Positions 8,723 to 18,891 are shown, numbered from the stretch's first letter. The stretch is 64,000 bases of DNA from an uncultured Peptococcaceae bacterium (GCA_947625705.1 CANQPG010000002.1:13119-77118), one strand, 5' to 3'. Program-made: numbers and translations. The notes: generated from the sequence alone by a model not told the origin.

Positions 8723-9979
8723 ATGGAATACGGTTTAATTGGCGAAAAACTCGGCCACAGCTTCTCACCGGAGCTGCACCGCGAGCTGGCCGATTACGAT
8801 TATCAGCTTTGCCCGCTGACTCCTGCGGAGCTGCCGAATTTTATGCAGCGGGCGGAATTCCGCGCCATCAACGTCACCATTCCTTACAAGGAAAAGGTCA
8901 TGCCCTTTTTGGACGAGATCGACGAACGGGCACAGGCCATCGGCGCAGTGAACACGATCGTGAATAAAAATGGCCGGCTTTACGGCCACAACACCGATTT
9001 TGCCGGCTTTGATTATCTGCTGCAAAAGCACGGTATCGACCCCAAGGGCAAAACTGTTCTCATTATGGGCGCGGGGGGCGCGGGCAAATGCGCCGCCGCG
9101 GTTCTCTCAAGCCGGGGCGCGGCCAAAATTTATCAGGCCGACCGCGTGACCGGCGCCAATCTTATTACCTATGAAGCAGCCCAGCAGCTTGACGACGTGC
9201 AAATCATCGTCAACGCCACGCCGAACGGCATGTATCCCGGAAACGAAGCGCCGCTGCTGCTGGATTTAAGCCTGTTCCCCCGGCTGGAAGCGGTGGCCGA
9301 CGTGGTGTATAACCCGCTGAAGACCAATCTGGTGCTGGCGGCGGAGGATTTGGGGCTTATCGCCTGCGGCGGGCTGGAAATGCTGGTGGCGCAGGCCAAA
9401 TTCGCGGCGGAATACTTCCTCGATACGCAGATCGCCGACAGCGAGATCGACCGCATTTATCAAAAGCTGCGGCAGCAAAAGCTGAATATCGCGCTGATCG
9501 GTATGCCGGGCAGCGGCAAAACCACGGTGGGCAAACGTTTGGCCAAAATGTGCGGTAAAACGCTGGTGGATTCCGACGCCCAGGTGGAAAAAACCGCCGG
9601 GCGGGCGATCAAAGACATCTTTGCGGCGCAGGGCGAGGCGGCGTTCCGCCAGATGGAGGCCGAAGCTATCGCCGCCATCGCCAAGCAGGACGGCCGGATC
9701 ATCGCCACCGGGGGCGGCGCGGTAATTGATCCCGCCAACGTGCGGAACCTGCGCCAGAACTCGATCTTGGTCTGGCTGGATAAACCGGCGGAGACGCTAT
9801 CGCTGAACGACAAACGCCCGCTCTCCCCCAACCGGGCGGCGAACATCAAGCTTTATCAGCAGCGGCTGCCCCTGTATCAGGCAGCGGCTGACATTAAAAT
9901 CGAAAACTGCGGCACGGCAGACGAGGCGGCAAACGCCATTCTCGCCCGGCTGGGCTGGCAGAAGGAGGCGGCAAAATGA
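8723..9979 (+). CDS. aroE: fused shikimate dehydrogenase (N) / shikimate kinase (C)
   Basis: N-terminal AroE (GIDPKGKTVLIMGAGGAGKCAA), C-terminal AroK Walker A (IALIGMPGSGKTTVGKRLA) in one 418-aa ORF. Confidence 0.85.
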   Translation: MEYGLIGEKLGHSFSPELHRELADYDYQLCPLTPAELPNFMQRAEFRAINVTIPYKEKVMPFLDEIDERAQAIGAVNTIVNKNGRLYGHNTDFAGFDYLLQKHGIDPKGKTVLIMGAGGAGKCAAAVLSSRGAAKIYQADRVTGANLITYEAAQQLDDVQIIVNATPNGMYPGNEAPLLLDLSLFPRLEAVADVVYNPLKTNLVLAAEDLGLIACGGLEMLVAQAKFAAEYFLDTQIADSEIDRIYQKLRQQKLNIALIGMPGSGKTTVGKRLAKMCGKTLVDSDAQVEKTAGRAIKDIFAAQGEAAFRQMEAEAIAAIAKQDGRIIATGGGAVIDPANVRNLRQNSILVWLDKPAETLSLNDKRPLSPNRAANIKLYQQRLPLYQAAADIKIENCGTADEAANAILARLGWQKEAAK

Positions 9980-10413
9980 CGCGGATCATGGTAGTGAACG
10001 GCCCCAATCTGAATATGCTGGGGCGGCGGGAACCCGATATTTACGGGCATGAAACATACGCCGATCTAATCAAGATGATCTCCCGGCACTGCCAGGAGCG
10101 CGGCGTGGACGTGAAGATCATGCAGAGCAACCACGAGGGCGCGCTGGTGGACGCGATCCAGCAGGCGGCGGATTACTGCGACGGTATCGTCATCAACCCG
10201 GCGGCCTATACGCACACCAGCGTGGCCATTTTGGACGCGCTGAAAGCGGCGGCGCTCCCCGCAGTGGAGGTGCATATCAGCGACGTCGACAGCCGCGAGA
10301 ACTTCCGCAAATTATCCTACCCCGGCATGTATTGCTTTAAGACGGTTAAAGGCGAGGGGCTGGCCGGGTACTTGACCGCCATCGACGCACTGCTTACCGA
10401 AATTGGCTTATAA
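9976..10413 (+). CDS. aroQ: type II 3-dehydroquinate dehydratase
   Basis: MTRIMVVNGPNLNMLGRREPDIYG...HISDVDSRE; overlaps aroE/K stop by 4 nt. Confidence 0.92.
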   Translation: MTRIMVVNGPNLNMLGRREPDIYGHETYADLIKMISRHCQERGVDVKIMQSNHEGALVDAIQQAADYCDGIVINPAAYTHTSVAILDALKAAALPAVEVHISDVDSRENFRKLSYPGMYCFKTVKGEGLAGYLTAIDALLTEIGL

Positions 10414-10443
10414 AAATCTACTATATATAAAGGAGCAACAAAC

Positions 10444-11463
10444 ATGATAATCACCATGAAACGCGACGCCTCCCCGGAGGAGACCGAGCGCCTGATCCAC
10501 AGTATCGAGAAGATGGGGCTGGAAATGCACCTGATCTCCGGCACCAGCTTCAACGTGTTCGGCGTGGTGGGCGATACCACCATTCTGGACGAAAAGAAAA
10601 TCTACGGCTATTCCTGCGTGCAGGACGTCTGCCGCATTGCCGCGCCCTATAAGCTGGCCAACCGCGTCTTCCACCCGGCGGATTCCGTGATCGACGTGGG
10701 CGGCGTCAAGGTGGGCGGCCATGAGAAGATCGTCGTGATCAGCGGCCCCTGCTCGGTGGAGGACGAAGAAAGCCTGATGACCTCCGCCGAAGCCGTCAAA
10801 AAGGCCGGCGCGGATATGCTTAGAGGCGGCGCCTATAAGCCGCGCACCTCGCCCTATGCCTTTCAGGGGCGCGGCGAGGAGGGGCTCGTCACCTTGCAGC
10901 ACGCCAAGGAAAAATTCGGCCTGCCAATCGTGACCGAGCTGATGAACATCAACAAAATTCCGGAATTTCTCGACCACGACGTAGATATGATCCAGATCGG
11001 CGCGCGCAATATGCAGAATTTTGACCTCTTAAAGGAAGTCGGCAAAACCAACGTGCCGGTGCTGTTAAAGCGCGGCCTTTCCAACACCATCGAGGAATGG
11101 CTGATGGCCGCCGAATACATCATGAGCGGCGGCAACACCAACGTGATCCTCTGCGAGCGCGGTATCCGCACGTTTGAGAAATACACCCGCAACACGCTGG
11201 ATTTGAGTGTTATCCCGATCGTGAAAGAGCGCAGCCATCTGCCTATCATCATCGACCCCAGCCATGCCACCGGCGACCGTGATCTGGTGGAATCCATGTC
11301 GCTGGCCGCCATTGCCGCGGGCGCGGACGGCCTGATCATCGAGGCGCACCATAACCCGGAGGCCGCCTGGTCCGACGGCGCGCAGACGGTGACTCCCGAG
11401 CAGTTACAGCAAATTATCGCCAAAGGCAAGGCCATCGCCCACGTGATCGGGCGCAGTATGTAA
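10444..11463 (+). CDS. aroF: 3-deoxy-7-phosphoheptulonate (DAHP) synthase, Thermotoga-type with N-terminal regulatory domain
   Basis: KDO8P/DAHPS fold (KPRTSPYAFQG, IQIGARNMQN, DPSHATG) preceded by about 90-aa ferredoxin-like domain. Confidence 0.85.
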   Translation: MIITMKRDASPEETERLIHSIEKMGLEMHLISGTSFNVFGVVGDTTILDEKKIYGYSCVQDVCRIAAPYKLANRVFHPADSVIDVGGVKVGGHEKIVVISGPCSVEDEESLMTSAEAVKKAGADMLRGGAYKPRTSPYAFQGRGEEGLVTLQHAKEKFGLPIVTELMNINKIPEFLDHDVDMIQIGARNMQNFDLLKEVGKTNVPVLLKRGLSNTIEEWLMAAEYIMSGGNTNVILCERGIRTFEKYTRNTLDLSVIPIVKERSHLPIIIDPSHATGDRDLVESMSLAAIAAGADGLIIEAHHNPEAAWSDGAQTVTPEQLQQIIAKGKAIAHVIGRSM

Positions 11464-12758
11464 TGCGGGCGAAAATTTACCCCGGCACGCCCCGGGGCGA
11501 GGTCACCATTCCCGCCAGCAAAAGCATGGCGCACCGCGCGGTCATCTGCGCGGCGCTGGCGCCGGGCGAAAGCACCCTCGACAATCTGACCCTTTCCAAC
11601 GATATCCGCGCCACCATAGCTGGTATGCGGGCGTTAGGCGCGCGCGAAAACTGGCCGCAGGCGGACAAACTGCAATTAACCGGCGCCGGCCGCCCTCAAG
11701 CGGACAAGCCGCTCACGGTGGACTGCGGCGAAAGCGGCTCCACGCTCCGCTTCTTTATCCCGATTTTTGCGTTATGCGGCCAGCCCGTGCGCTTCATCTG
11801 CCACGGCCGCCTGCCGCAGCGCCCCCAAACGGTCTACCAGGAAATATTCGCGGCACAGGGGCTGCATTTTGCCCCGTTCGCGGACGGTGAAAACGCCGGC
11901 TGGGAAGTGGCCGGCTCGCTCCGCCCCGGCGCGTATCACCTGCGCGGCGACATCAGCTCGCAGTTCATCTCCGGTCTGCTGTTTGCCCTGCCGCTGCTTT
12001 CCGGCGGCTCCACCATCATCATCGAGCCGCCGTTTGAATCGCGCTCCTATGTGGAGCTGACGCTGGCCATGCTGCAAAAATTCGGTATAACCGCCCGCTG
12101 GCAGGGCGAATACCAGCTGGAAATTCCCGGCAATCAGGTCTACCAACCGGCGGACGTGACGATCGAGGGGGATTTCTCCCAGCTGGCGTTCTTCGCGGTG
12201 CTGGGCGCGATCAACAGCGAAATTACGGTACGCGGTGTTGACCCCAATTCCGCCCAAGGCGACCGCAGGATCATCGCATTTATCCGCCAAATGGGCGGCC
12301 ATGTTACGCCGCAGGCAGACGGCTGCGTTATCGCCCCCGGCGCTTTGCGGGCGGCGGCGCTCGATCTGGCCGACTGCCCCGATCTGGGGCCGGCGCTCTC
12401 GGTGCTGGCGGCACGGGCGCAGGGCGAGACGCGCTTTTATAACGCCGGGCGGCTCCGTATCAAAGAAAGCGACCGTATCGCCGACGTGGAAACGGAGCTG
12501 GCACGCTTCGATATCCCAACCCACAGCACGGCGGACGAGCTTTTTGTCGCGGGGGACGCAAGCGCCAAGCTTGTCACCGGCGAGCCCTGCGCGGCACACA
12601 ACGACCACCGCATTGTGATGGCGCTGGCCGTGCTGGCCACAGTCTGCGGCCAGCCGGTGGTCATCGAGCAGGCGGAGGCGGTCAACAAATCATACCCCCG
12701 CTTCTTTAAAGACCTGCAAAATCTCGGTATAAAGGTGGAATTATCCGATGTTGACTGA
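11463..12758 (+). CDS. aroA: 3-phosphoshikimate 1-carboxyvinyltransferase (EPSP synthase)
   Basis: 431 aa; PASKSMAHRAV, LFALPLL, DHRIVMALAV motifs. Confidence 0.92.
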   Translation: MRAKIYPGTPRGEVTIPASKSMAHRAVICAALAPGESTLDNLTLSNDIRATIAGMRALGARENWPQADKLQLTGAGRPQADKPLTVDCGESGSTLRFFIPIFALCGQPVRFICHGRLPQRPQTVYQEIFAAQGLHFAPFADGENAGWEVAGSLRPGAYHLRGDISSQFISGLLFALPLLSGGSTIIIEPPFESRSYVELTLAMLQKFGITARWQGEYQLEIPGNQVYQPADVTIEGDFSQLAFFAVLGAINSEITVRGVDPNSAQGDRRIIAFIRQMGGHVTPQADGCVIAPGALRAAALDLADCPDLGPALSVLAARAQGETRFYNAGRLRIKESDRIADVETELARFDIPTHSTADELFVAGDASAKLVTGEPCAAHNDHRIVMALAVLATVCGQPVVIEQAEAVNKSYPRFFKDLQNLGIKVELSDVD

Positions 12759-13626
12759 GCAAACCAAAATACTGATCGTCGGCTGCGGCCTGATCGGCGG
12801 CTCCTACGCGATGGGGCTTTCGGCCAAGGGCTATGACGTGACGGCGATCGACCAAAGCCCCGAGGCGATCGAGTTCGGCCTCGCGCAGGGCTTCTTCCGC
12901 CGCGGCTACACCGAGCCGCTGCCGGAGGTGCTGCACAAGGCGGAATTTGTCGTGATGGGGCTTTACCCCACCGCCATGCTGGACTGGCTCCGCGCTAACC
13001 AGCAGCATTTTGCGCCCGGCACGCTGATCACCGACGTGAGCGGCGTTAAAAGCAATATCGTGGACACGGCGCAGGAATTCTTACGCCCCGACGTGGAATT
13101 TATCGGCAGCCACCCGATGGCCGGCAAGGAGACCAGCGGCATTTTTAACGCCGATTACCATATCTTCGCCGCGGCTAACTTCATCATCACGCCGACGGAA
13201 AAGAACACGCCGGAGGCTATCGCCACGGTGCGGCAGCTGGCGCAGATTTTGGAGTTCAAGACGATCCGCGAGCTGAATATCCGCCAGCACGACCAGATGA
13301 TCGGCTTCCTCTCGCAGCTGACCCACGCCATCGCCGTCAGCCTGATGACCTGCAACGACGACGAGGAGCTGGGCTTCTTCACCGGCGACTCGTTCCGCGA
13401 CTTAACGCGCATTGCCCGTATCAACGATGTGATGTGGTCGGAGCTGTTTTTGCTGAACCGCGATATTCTGATCGAGAATATCGACTGCTTCAGCGCCGAG
13501 CTGATGAAGCTCCGCAGCCTGCTGCAGGCGGGCGACCGCGAGCGTCTGCAAAAAATGTTCCAAAAATCCACCGCGCGGCGCAGCCAGTTCGACGTGGCCA
13601 AGGCCGCCCCGGCGGATAAAAAATAA
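12748..13626 (+). CDS. tyrA: prephenate dehydrogenase
   Basis: Rossmann ILIVGCGLIGGSYAMGL, PDH domain; ends supraoperon. Confidence 0.88.
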   Translation: MLTEQTKILIVGCGLIGGSYAMGLSAKGYDVTAIDQSPEAIEFGLAQGFFRRGYTEPLPEVLHKAEFVVMGLYPTAMLDWLRANQQHFAPGTLITDVSGVKSNIVDTAQEFLRPDVEFIGSHPMAGKETSGIFNADYHIFAAANFIITPTEKNTPEAIATVRQLAQILEFKTIRELNIRQHDQMIGFLSQLTHAIAVSLMTCNDDEELGFFTGDSFRDLTRIARINDVMWSELFLLNRDILIENIDCFSAELMKLRSLLQAGDRERLQKMFQKSTARRSQFDVAKAAPADKK

Positions 13627-13644
13627 ATTCAGGAGGTTTCTTAC

Positions 13645-14031
13645 ATGGAAAGCAAAGGTTTCATCGCAGAATTTAAGGAGTTCATCTCGCGCGGGAACGT
13701 AGTCGATATGGCCGTCGGCATTATCATCGGCGGCGCGTTCACCGCCATCATCACCTCGCTGGTCAACGATATTATCATGCCGCTGATTGCCACTTTCACC
13801 GGCGCGATAACTTTCACCCAGCTATTCGTGCAGATCAACAACACTGTTATTCCTTACGGCAATTTTATTCAGAACGTGGTAAACTTCCTGCTGACCGCGT
13901 TTGCCGTGTTCATCATGGTGAAAGCCATCAACCGCTTCCGCCGCAAAAAAGAAGAAGAACCTGCGCCGGAGCCGGAGCCGTCGGAGGAAGTTTTGCTGCT
14001 GCGTGAGATTAGAGATAGTTTGAAAAAGTAA
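13645..14031 (+). CDS. mscL: large-conductance mechanosensitive channel
   Basis: 128 aa FKEFISRGNVVDMAVGIIIGGAF canonical MscL. Confidence 0.93.
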   Translation: MESKGFIAEFKEFISRGNVVDMAVGIIIGGAFTAIITSLVNDIIMPLIATFTGAITFTQLFVQINNTVIPYGNFIQNVVNFLLTAFAVFIMVKAINRFRRKKEEEPAPEPEPSEEVLLLREIRDSLKK

Positions 14032-14055
14032 TTCCCGCAACAACAAACCAGCGGA

Positions 14056-14196
14056 CTTCGCTAAAACTTTTCCACTTCATGACCTTCGCTAAATCAGTGG
14101 AAAAGTATTAGCGAAGCCCGCCCAAGTCCGACAGGCTTGGATAATTCTTTTCCACGAAATTTAGCGCAGCGAAGCGGAGGTCATGTAGTGGAAAAA
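14056..14196. repeat. nested inverted-repeat element (CTTTTCCAC / CTTCGCTAA units) in mscL 3' region
   Basis: 20-nt arms 14056-14075 and 14097-14116 are near-perfect inverted repeats; second copy TTTTCCAC...GTGGAAAA at 14148-14196; AGGTCATG also inverted. Confidence 0.5.
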
Positions 14197-14235
14197 ATTA
14201 TTCAAGCCTACATCGACCATACCATCACAAAAAAA

Positions 14236-14268
14236 GTGCCTCTGCCAACTCGGCAGAGGCACTTTTTT
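14236..14268. terminator. bidirectional rho-independent terminator (mscL and peptidase)
   Basis: GTGCCTCTGCC-aact-CGGCAGAGGCAC + TTTTTT, A-run upstream. Confidence 0.85.
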
Positions 14269-14275
14269 GTCTTTA

Positions 14276-16561
14276 TCAGGCCGCGTCCGTCAGATCCCGC
14301 AGCTTCACCAAAAAGCTTGCCAGCTCCGCGCGGGTGACGGCGCGCTTCGGCTCCAGCTTGCCCTTATCGTTTCCGGTGATCACACCCGTTTCTGCCGCCC
14401 AGGCAAACGCGTCCGCCGCCCAGGGCGCAACCCGCTTGGCGTCGGCAAACTGCGAGAGAGCCGCCCCGGCCAGCGCCGGTTTTTCGCCCGTCTCCGCACA
14501 GTACAAACGGTAGAGTATCGCCACCGCCTGCTCGCGGGAAAGCTTGTCATTCGGCTCAAATTTGCCGTCAATGCCGTTCACAAGGCCGTTCGCTTCCGCC
14601 CAGGCCACCGCCGGCTGATACCAGGCGTCCGCCGCCACGTCGGAGAATGTATCGGTGGCAGCCGCCTGCTCGCTGCCGTAAGCCCGCCACAGCAGCGTCA
14701 TCGCCTCGGCGCGCTTGGCGCGGCGGTTCGGCTCCAGCCGCCCCTGCTCGTCGCCCTGCAAAATGCCCAGCCCCACGGCATAAAGCAGCGGCTGCTCCGC
14801 CCAATGCCCCTTGATATCGTCCAGCTCGGCCAGGCCGAAAACCTCCTGATAGAGGTAGTTTTCCAGCCCGTCGGCAATTTTCTGCATACCGGCCTCGGTG
14901 AACACGTCGGCAAACCCGGCCTTGGCACAGAAAGCGGTATAGCCCGTCTCATTCAGCGAAACCATCGCCAGATAGCTGTCCGCCGCGGCGGTAAAATCCT
15001 CGCCGCTCCGCCCCAAAAGCTCGCAGACGGAAAGCCCTGAGGTAGCATAGCTGATGTAATAAAGCGGCTGGATAAACGTGTGCGCCGTCGTCACCCAGTT
15101 ATACGCCTCGTCGTCGTCGTGCAGATAAACATAGCCGTATTGCAGCGAAATTTCATGGAACAGACGGTTCAGATCGCTGACGCTGGGGTTTTCCAGCTGA
15201 TACAAACGCTGCTGAAACTCGTCATACATGCAGCCGTCCACCACCGATTGCAGCTGGCTTTGCAGCATGATCAGGCGGTAAACATCGCCGTATTCGCCGA
15301 AAATATCGTCGGCAAAGTGCAGGAACAGCGCCTCCAGCCCCTGCGAATGGAATTCGCCCACGTCATAGCCGCAGTCGCGCTGCTCATACATATAAAACGC
15401 GAAATGGCCGAATTCATGGATAAACGTGCCAAGATCGCCGGGGCCGCCGCTCTGCGTGCCGCTGAAGATCAGCGCCAGGCGGTAAAGCGGCATATAGCTG
15501 GTGAACGAAACGTCCAGCCGCCCGTCCGCCGGCTCAATATCGGCCAGCTGTTTGTCGCGCATATATTGCAGCAAATCGGCGTATTCGTCGGAAATTTCCG
15601 GCAGATACGCCGCCACCGTGTCCAGCAGCCCCTCCGCCGTGAAGTGGCGCGACGCGAGCAGCCCCGTGCGGTCAAAGCGGGGGTTGACGCTCAAAATATC
15701 CTGCACCCGCAGATACAGCGGCACGATATCCTGCTTCACCAGGCGGTGCAGCTCCTGCGCCTGGGCGGGCGTATAATCGCGGCCGTAAACCTCGGCATAG
15801 GCGTAATCGGCGTAATTGGCATAGCCGGCCAGCCGGGCATATTGGTTGCAGACCGGCACGATATCCGCCAAAAGCTGCGCCGTGGCGCGGTTTCTGGCCT
15901 GCGCCAGCTGCTTATACACCGCGGTGTAGATATCGCCGTCCGTTATGCCGTCCAAATCGCCGAAGTCGTAAGTTTTGCCCTGATACGTCACCTGATAATC
16001 GGCGTTCACCGCCCGCCAGTAAGCGTCGTCCACCGCCTGGATCCGCTGCTTCAGCGCCATCATCTCGGGGGTATCCGCCTCCGCCCCGTCCAGCTGTGCC
16101 AGCAGCCCCGGCGAAAGCATATCCTCCAGCATGGCGCGGTTATCCGACGCCAAAAGCTCCTGCCAGGTGGCCTCATAATCGCGGCTCACCTGCACCAAAA
16201 GCTGCTGCCAGGCCTGATACTCGGCGGCCATAGCCTCCGGGTCGCCGTAATAGTCATACATCGCCAGCTGGGCGCAGGCCGAAAGCCGCTGATACTCGCC
16301 GCTGTACCGCGAGAGCGCCATCGCCAGCTCGTCGCGGTTCTGAATATCGTTCATCAGCAGCACCTGCTCCCGAATTTCATAGAAGCGCGCAGCGTCCGCC
16401 GGGCCGTATGTTAAGTCCGCCTTGGCTAAACCGTCGGTCAGCTCCGGGAAGAAGTTGGTCTCCCGCGCCGCCGCCAAGCCGGGGAAGCATACCGCCCCCA
16501 GCAGGCAGAAAACCAGCAGCCCCGCCGCCAGATACGCCCGTGTTTTCGTAAATTTGCTCAT
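14276..16561 (-). CDS. secreted M3-family (oligoendopeptidase F-like) zinc metallopeptidase with three C-terminal S-layer homology (SLH) domains
   Basis: Signal peptide; HEXXH in FIHEFGHFAFY; three SLH repeats (FSDVAADAWYQPAVAWAEANGLVNG..., PWAADAFAWAAETGVITG...). Confidence 0.75.
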   Translation of the reverse strand: MSKFTKTRAYLAAGLLVFCLLGAVCFPGLAAARETNFFPELTDGLAKADLTYGPADAARFYEIREQVLLMNDIQNRDELAMALSRYSGEYQRLSACAQLAMYDYYGDPEAMAAEYQAWQQLLVQVSRDYEATWQELLASDNRAMLEDMLSPGLLAQLDGAEADTPEMMALKQRIQAVDDAYWRAVNADYQVTYQGKTYDFGDLDGITDGDIYTAVYKQLAQARNRATAQLLADIVPVCNQYARLAGYANYADYAYAEVYGRDYTPAQAQELHRLVKQDIVPLYLRVQDILSVNPRFDRTGLLASRHFTAEGLLDTVAAYLPEISDEYADLLQYMRDKQLADIEPADGRLDVSFTSYMPLYRLALIFSGTQSGGPGDLGTFIHEFGHFAFYMYEQRDCGYDVGEFHSQGLEALFLHFADDIFGEYGDVYRLIMLQSQLQSVVDGCMYDEFQQRLYQLENPSVSDLNRLFHEISLQYGYVYLHDDDEAYNWVTTAHTFIQPLYYISYATSGLSVCELLGRSGEDFTAAADSYLAMVSLNETGYTAFCAKAGFADVFTEAGMQKIADGLENYLYQEVFGLAELDDIKGHWAEQPLLYAVGLGILQGDEQGRLEPNRRAKRAEAMTLLWRAYGSEQAAATDTFSDVAADAWYQPAVAWAEANGLVNGIDGKFEPNDKLSREQAVAILYRLYCAETGEKPALAGAALSQFADAKRVAPWAADAFAWAAETGVITGNDKGKLEPKRAVTRAELASFLVKLRDLTDAA

Positions 16562-16578
16562 ATATTAAACCTCCAATA

Positions 16579-17502
16579 TCAGCCGAGAACCGCGATCAGC
16601 AGCGGAATGGTCAGCACCGAAAGCACCGTGGTGAAGAAGATCCCCTGCGATACCAGCTTGATGTCGCCGCCGTATTCCACCGAAAGCATGGTGGCGTTTG
16701 TCGCCACCGGCATACCGGAAAGCACCACCAAAATGCTGCCGATGATGTCCCCCGCCGGCAGGAACGGCTTCAGCAGCAGCCACACCAGCACCGGCACGGC
16801 CAGCAGCTTCACCGCCACAAAAAGATACACCCGCTTCTCCTCAAACAGCTCACGGAGCGGCATGGCGGCGATCGTCGCGCCCAAGATCAGCATGGCCAGA
16901 GGCGTGGTGGCGTCGCCCAGCGTGAACAGCGCCGTGTTGATGACCTCCGGCAGCTCGATATGGGCAAAAAACAGCAGCAACGCCAGCACGGAGCTGCCCA
17001 GCGGCAGGTTGATCAGCCGCCGCCAGTCAAACGAGCCGCCCTCGCCGCCGCCCGCGATCATCTGGATACCGACCGAGAACACCAGCAGGTTGAACACGAT
17101 ATTGAACAGCACGGCATAAACCAGCTTATCCGCCCCAAAAACGGCGGTGATCAGCGGGAAACCCATGAAGCCCACGTTCCCGAAGATGACCATGTATTCA
17201 TAGGTGCCGCGCTGCTCCCTCGGCGCGCGCAGCAGGCGCACCAAAACCCAGGCCACCGCGAAATAAAACGCATATACCAAAGCCGAAAAGCCCAGCGTTC
17301 TGCCCACCACCGCCGCGGAAATATCCGCCCCCTCGATGGAAAACGAGGTGATGATCTGCGCGGGCAGCGTCACATTCAGCACGATCTTGGACATCACGGC
17401 CGAAGAATTTTCGCCCAGCAGATATTTCCGCTCCATAATATAACCGATGACCATCATCAGCAGCAACATCAGCATTTGTTGAAAAATCATCATAAAGCTC
17501 AT
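16579..17502 (-). CDS. AEC (auxin efflux carrier / malate permease) family transporter
   Basis: about 307 aa from MSFMMIFQQ; 10-TM AEC topology; upstream extension in ORF track unlikely. Confidence 0.7.
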   Translation of the reverse strand: MSFMMIFQQMLMLLLMMVIGYIMERKYLLGENSSAVMSKIVLNVTLPAQIITSFSIEGADISAAVVGRTLGFSALVYAFYFAVAWVLVRLLRAPREQRGTYEYMVIFGNVGFMGFPLITAVFGADKLVYAVLFNIVFNLLVFSVGIQMIAGGGEGGSFDWRRLINLPLGSSVLALLLFFAHIELPEVINTALFTLGDATTPLAMLILGATIAAMPLRELFEEKRVYLFVAVKLLAVPVLVWLLLKPFLPAGDIIGSILVVLSGMPVATNATMLSVEYGGDIKLVSQGIFFTTVLSVLTIPLLIAVLG

Positions 17503-17673
17503 GGTACCATACACTCCTTTTTGCAGCACATCGACAATTAAAGCTATATTATACACCATTTTGCCGCCGGATTAAAGAGCTTTGCGCAAATTTCCGGCAA
17601 AATACAGCGGCGGCGCTCTTGCTTTTTGCGCCATATTATAGGATAATATTAGGTAGTATTAAAATGGAAAAAG

Positions 17674-18840
17674 GTGTTGATTTTGGTTTTTAATAAAAAA
17701 ACGCTGTTTGGCGCGGCGGGCGTCATCTTTGCGGCGATCCTGTTCAACTGGGCGCTGCATAACGGGGCGGCGGCGGCAAACGCGCTCGGCTATCTCGGCG
17801 GGCTGTTTACGCCGTTTCTGCTGGGCGGCGTCATCGCTTTCATCATGAACGTGCCCATGCGCGCCATCGAGCGGCAGCTGTTCCCGCAAAACCCCAAGCT
17901 GCAAAAGCTGCGGCGGCCGCTGGCCTGGCTGCTGACGCTGCTGGCGCTGCTTTTGGTGATCCTGCTGGTGGTCGTCATCGTGATACCGCAGATCGTGGAG
18001 ACCCTGCGGCTGATCTCCGAGCAGGCAATGCAGGTGGTCATTAACGCCAGGCAGTATCTGGCAATGCTGCCGGAGGATCTGGCCGCCGTCTTCCCCGATC
18101 TGGAAACCACGCTGAAAGATTTCGGCGTGAACGTCAGCAGTATCTCCCGCCAGCTGGCGGAAATGCTGCAAAACCTCGGCGGGCTGGTCGTCTCCGGTGT
18201 GGGTATCCTCAACAGTATCGTTAACGGCATGGTGACGCTGTTCGTCGGCTTCGTTTTTTCGGTTTACCTGCTGTTCGGCAAAGAGCGCCTTGCCCGCCAG
18301 GCCAAGCGCGTGATCTACGCCGTTTTGAAGCCCGCCTGGGCGGATAAAACGCTGGAAGTGGCGCGGCTCGCCAACCGCACTTTCGCCAACTTCATCACCG
18401 GGCAATGTCTGGAAGCGTGTATTCTCGGCCTGCTGTTCTTCGTGTGTATGCTGCTGTTCCGCCTGCCTTATGCCACGCTGACGTCGGTGCTGATCGGCGT
18501 AACGGCGCTGGTGCCCATCTTCGGCGCGTTCGTCGGCTGCGTCTGCGGCATGCTGTTCATCGCGCTTACCAGCCCCATGCAGGCGCTGGGCTTTCTGGCG
18601 CTGTTCCTCGTATTGCAGCAGTTTGAGGGCAACGTCATCTATCCCCGCGTGGTCGGAAGCTCCGTCGGCCTCCCCGCCATCTGGGTGCTGGTGGCCATCA
18701 CGCTGGGCGGCAGCCTGTTCGGCGTGGTGGGTATGCTGGTGTCGGTGCCGCTCTGCTCGGTGGCATACGCGGTGTTTCGCGGCTTGGTCAGCGACCGTCT
18801 GGCGGCCAAGGATATACCACCGGAAAAGTGGCAGAATTAA
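17674..18840 (+). CDS. AI-2E family transporter (PerM/YhhT, UPF0118)
   Basis: 388 aa polytopic; conserved C-terminal region LFIALTSPMQALGFLALFLVLQQFEGNVIYPRVVG. Confidence 0.75.
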   Translation: MLILVFNKKTLFGAAGVIFAAILFNWALHNGAAAANALGYLGGLFTPFLLGGVIAFIMNVPMRAIERQLFPQNPKLQKLRRPLAWLLTLLALLLVILLVVVIVIPQIVETLRLISEQAMQVVINARQYLAMLPEDLAAVFPDLETTLKDFGVNVSSISRQLAEMLQNLGGLVVSGVGILNSIVNGMVTLFVGFVFSVYLLFGKERLARQAKRVIYAVLKPAWADKTLEVARLANRTFANFITGQCLEACILGLLFFVCMLLFRLPYATLTSVLIGVTALVPIFGAFVGCVCGMLFIALTSPMQALGFLALFLVLQQFEGNVIYPRVVGSSVGLPAIWVLVAITLGGSLFGVVGMLVSVPLCSVAYAVFRGLVSDRLAAKDIPPEKWQN

Positions 18841-18851
18841 CACGTCAAAAA

Positions 18852-18876
18852 GGCAGGGCAAACGCCCTGCCTTTCC
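18852..18876. terminator. bidirectional terminator
   Basis: GGCAGGGC-aaac-GCCCTGCC + TTTCC, A-run upstream. Confidence 0.6.
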
Positions 18877-18891
18877 TGTGTCCGTCAGCAG

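Noticed and set aside
14137-14337. 66-aa ORF spanning the inverted-repeat element and terminator
   Set aside because: Overlaps the terminator hairpin and the start of the converging peptidase gene; no RBS
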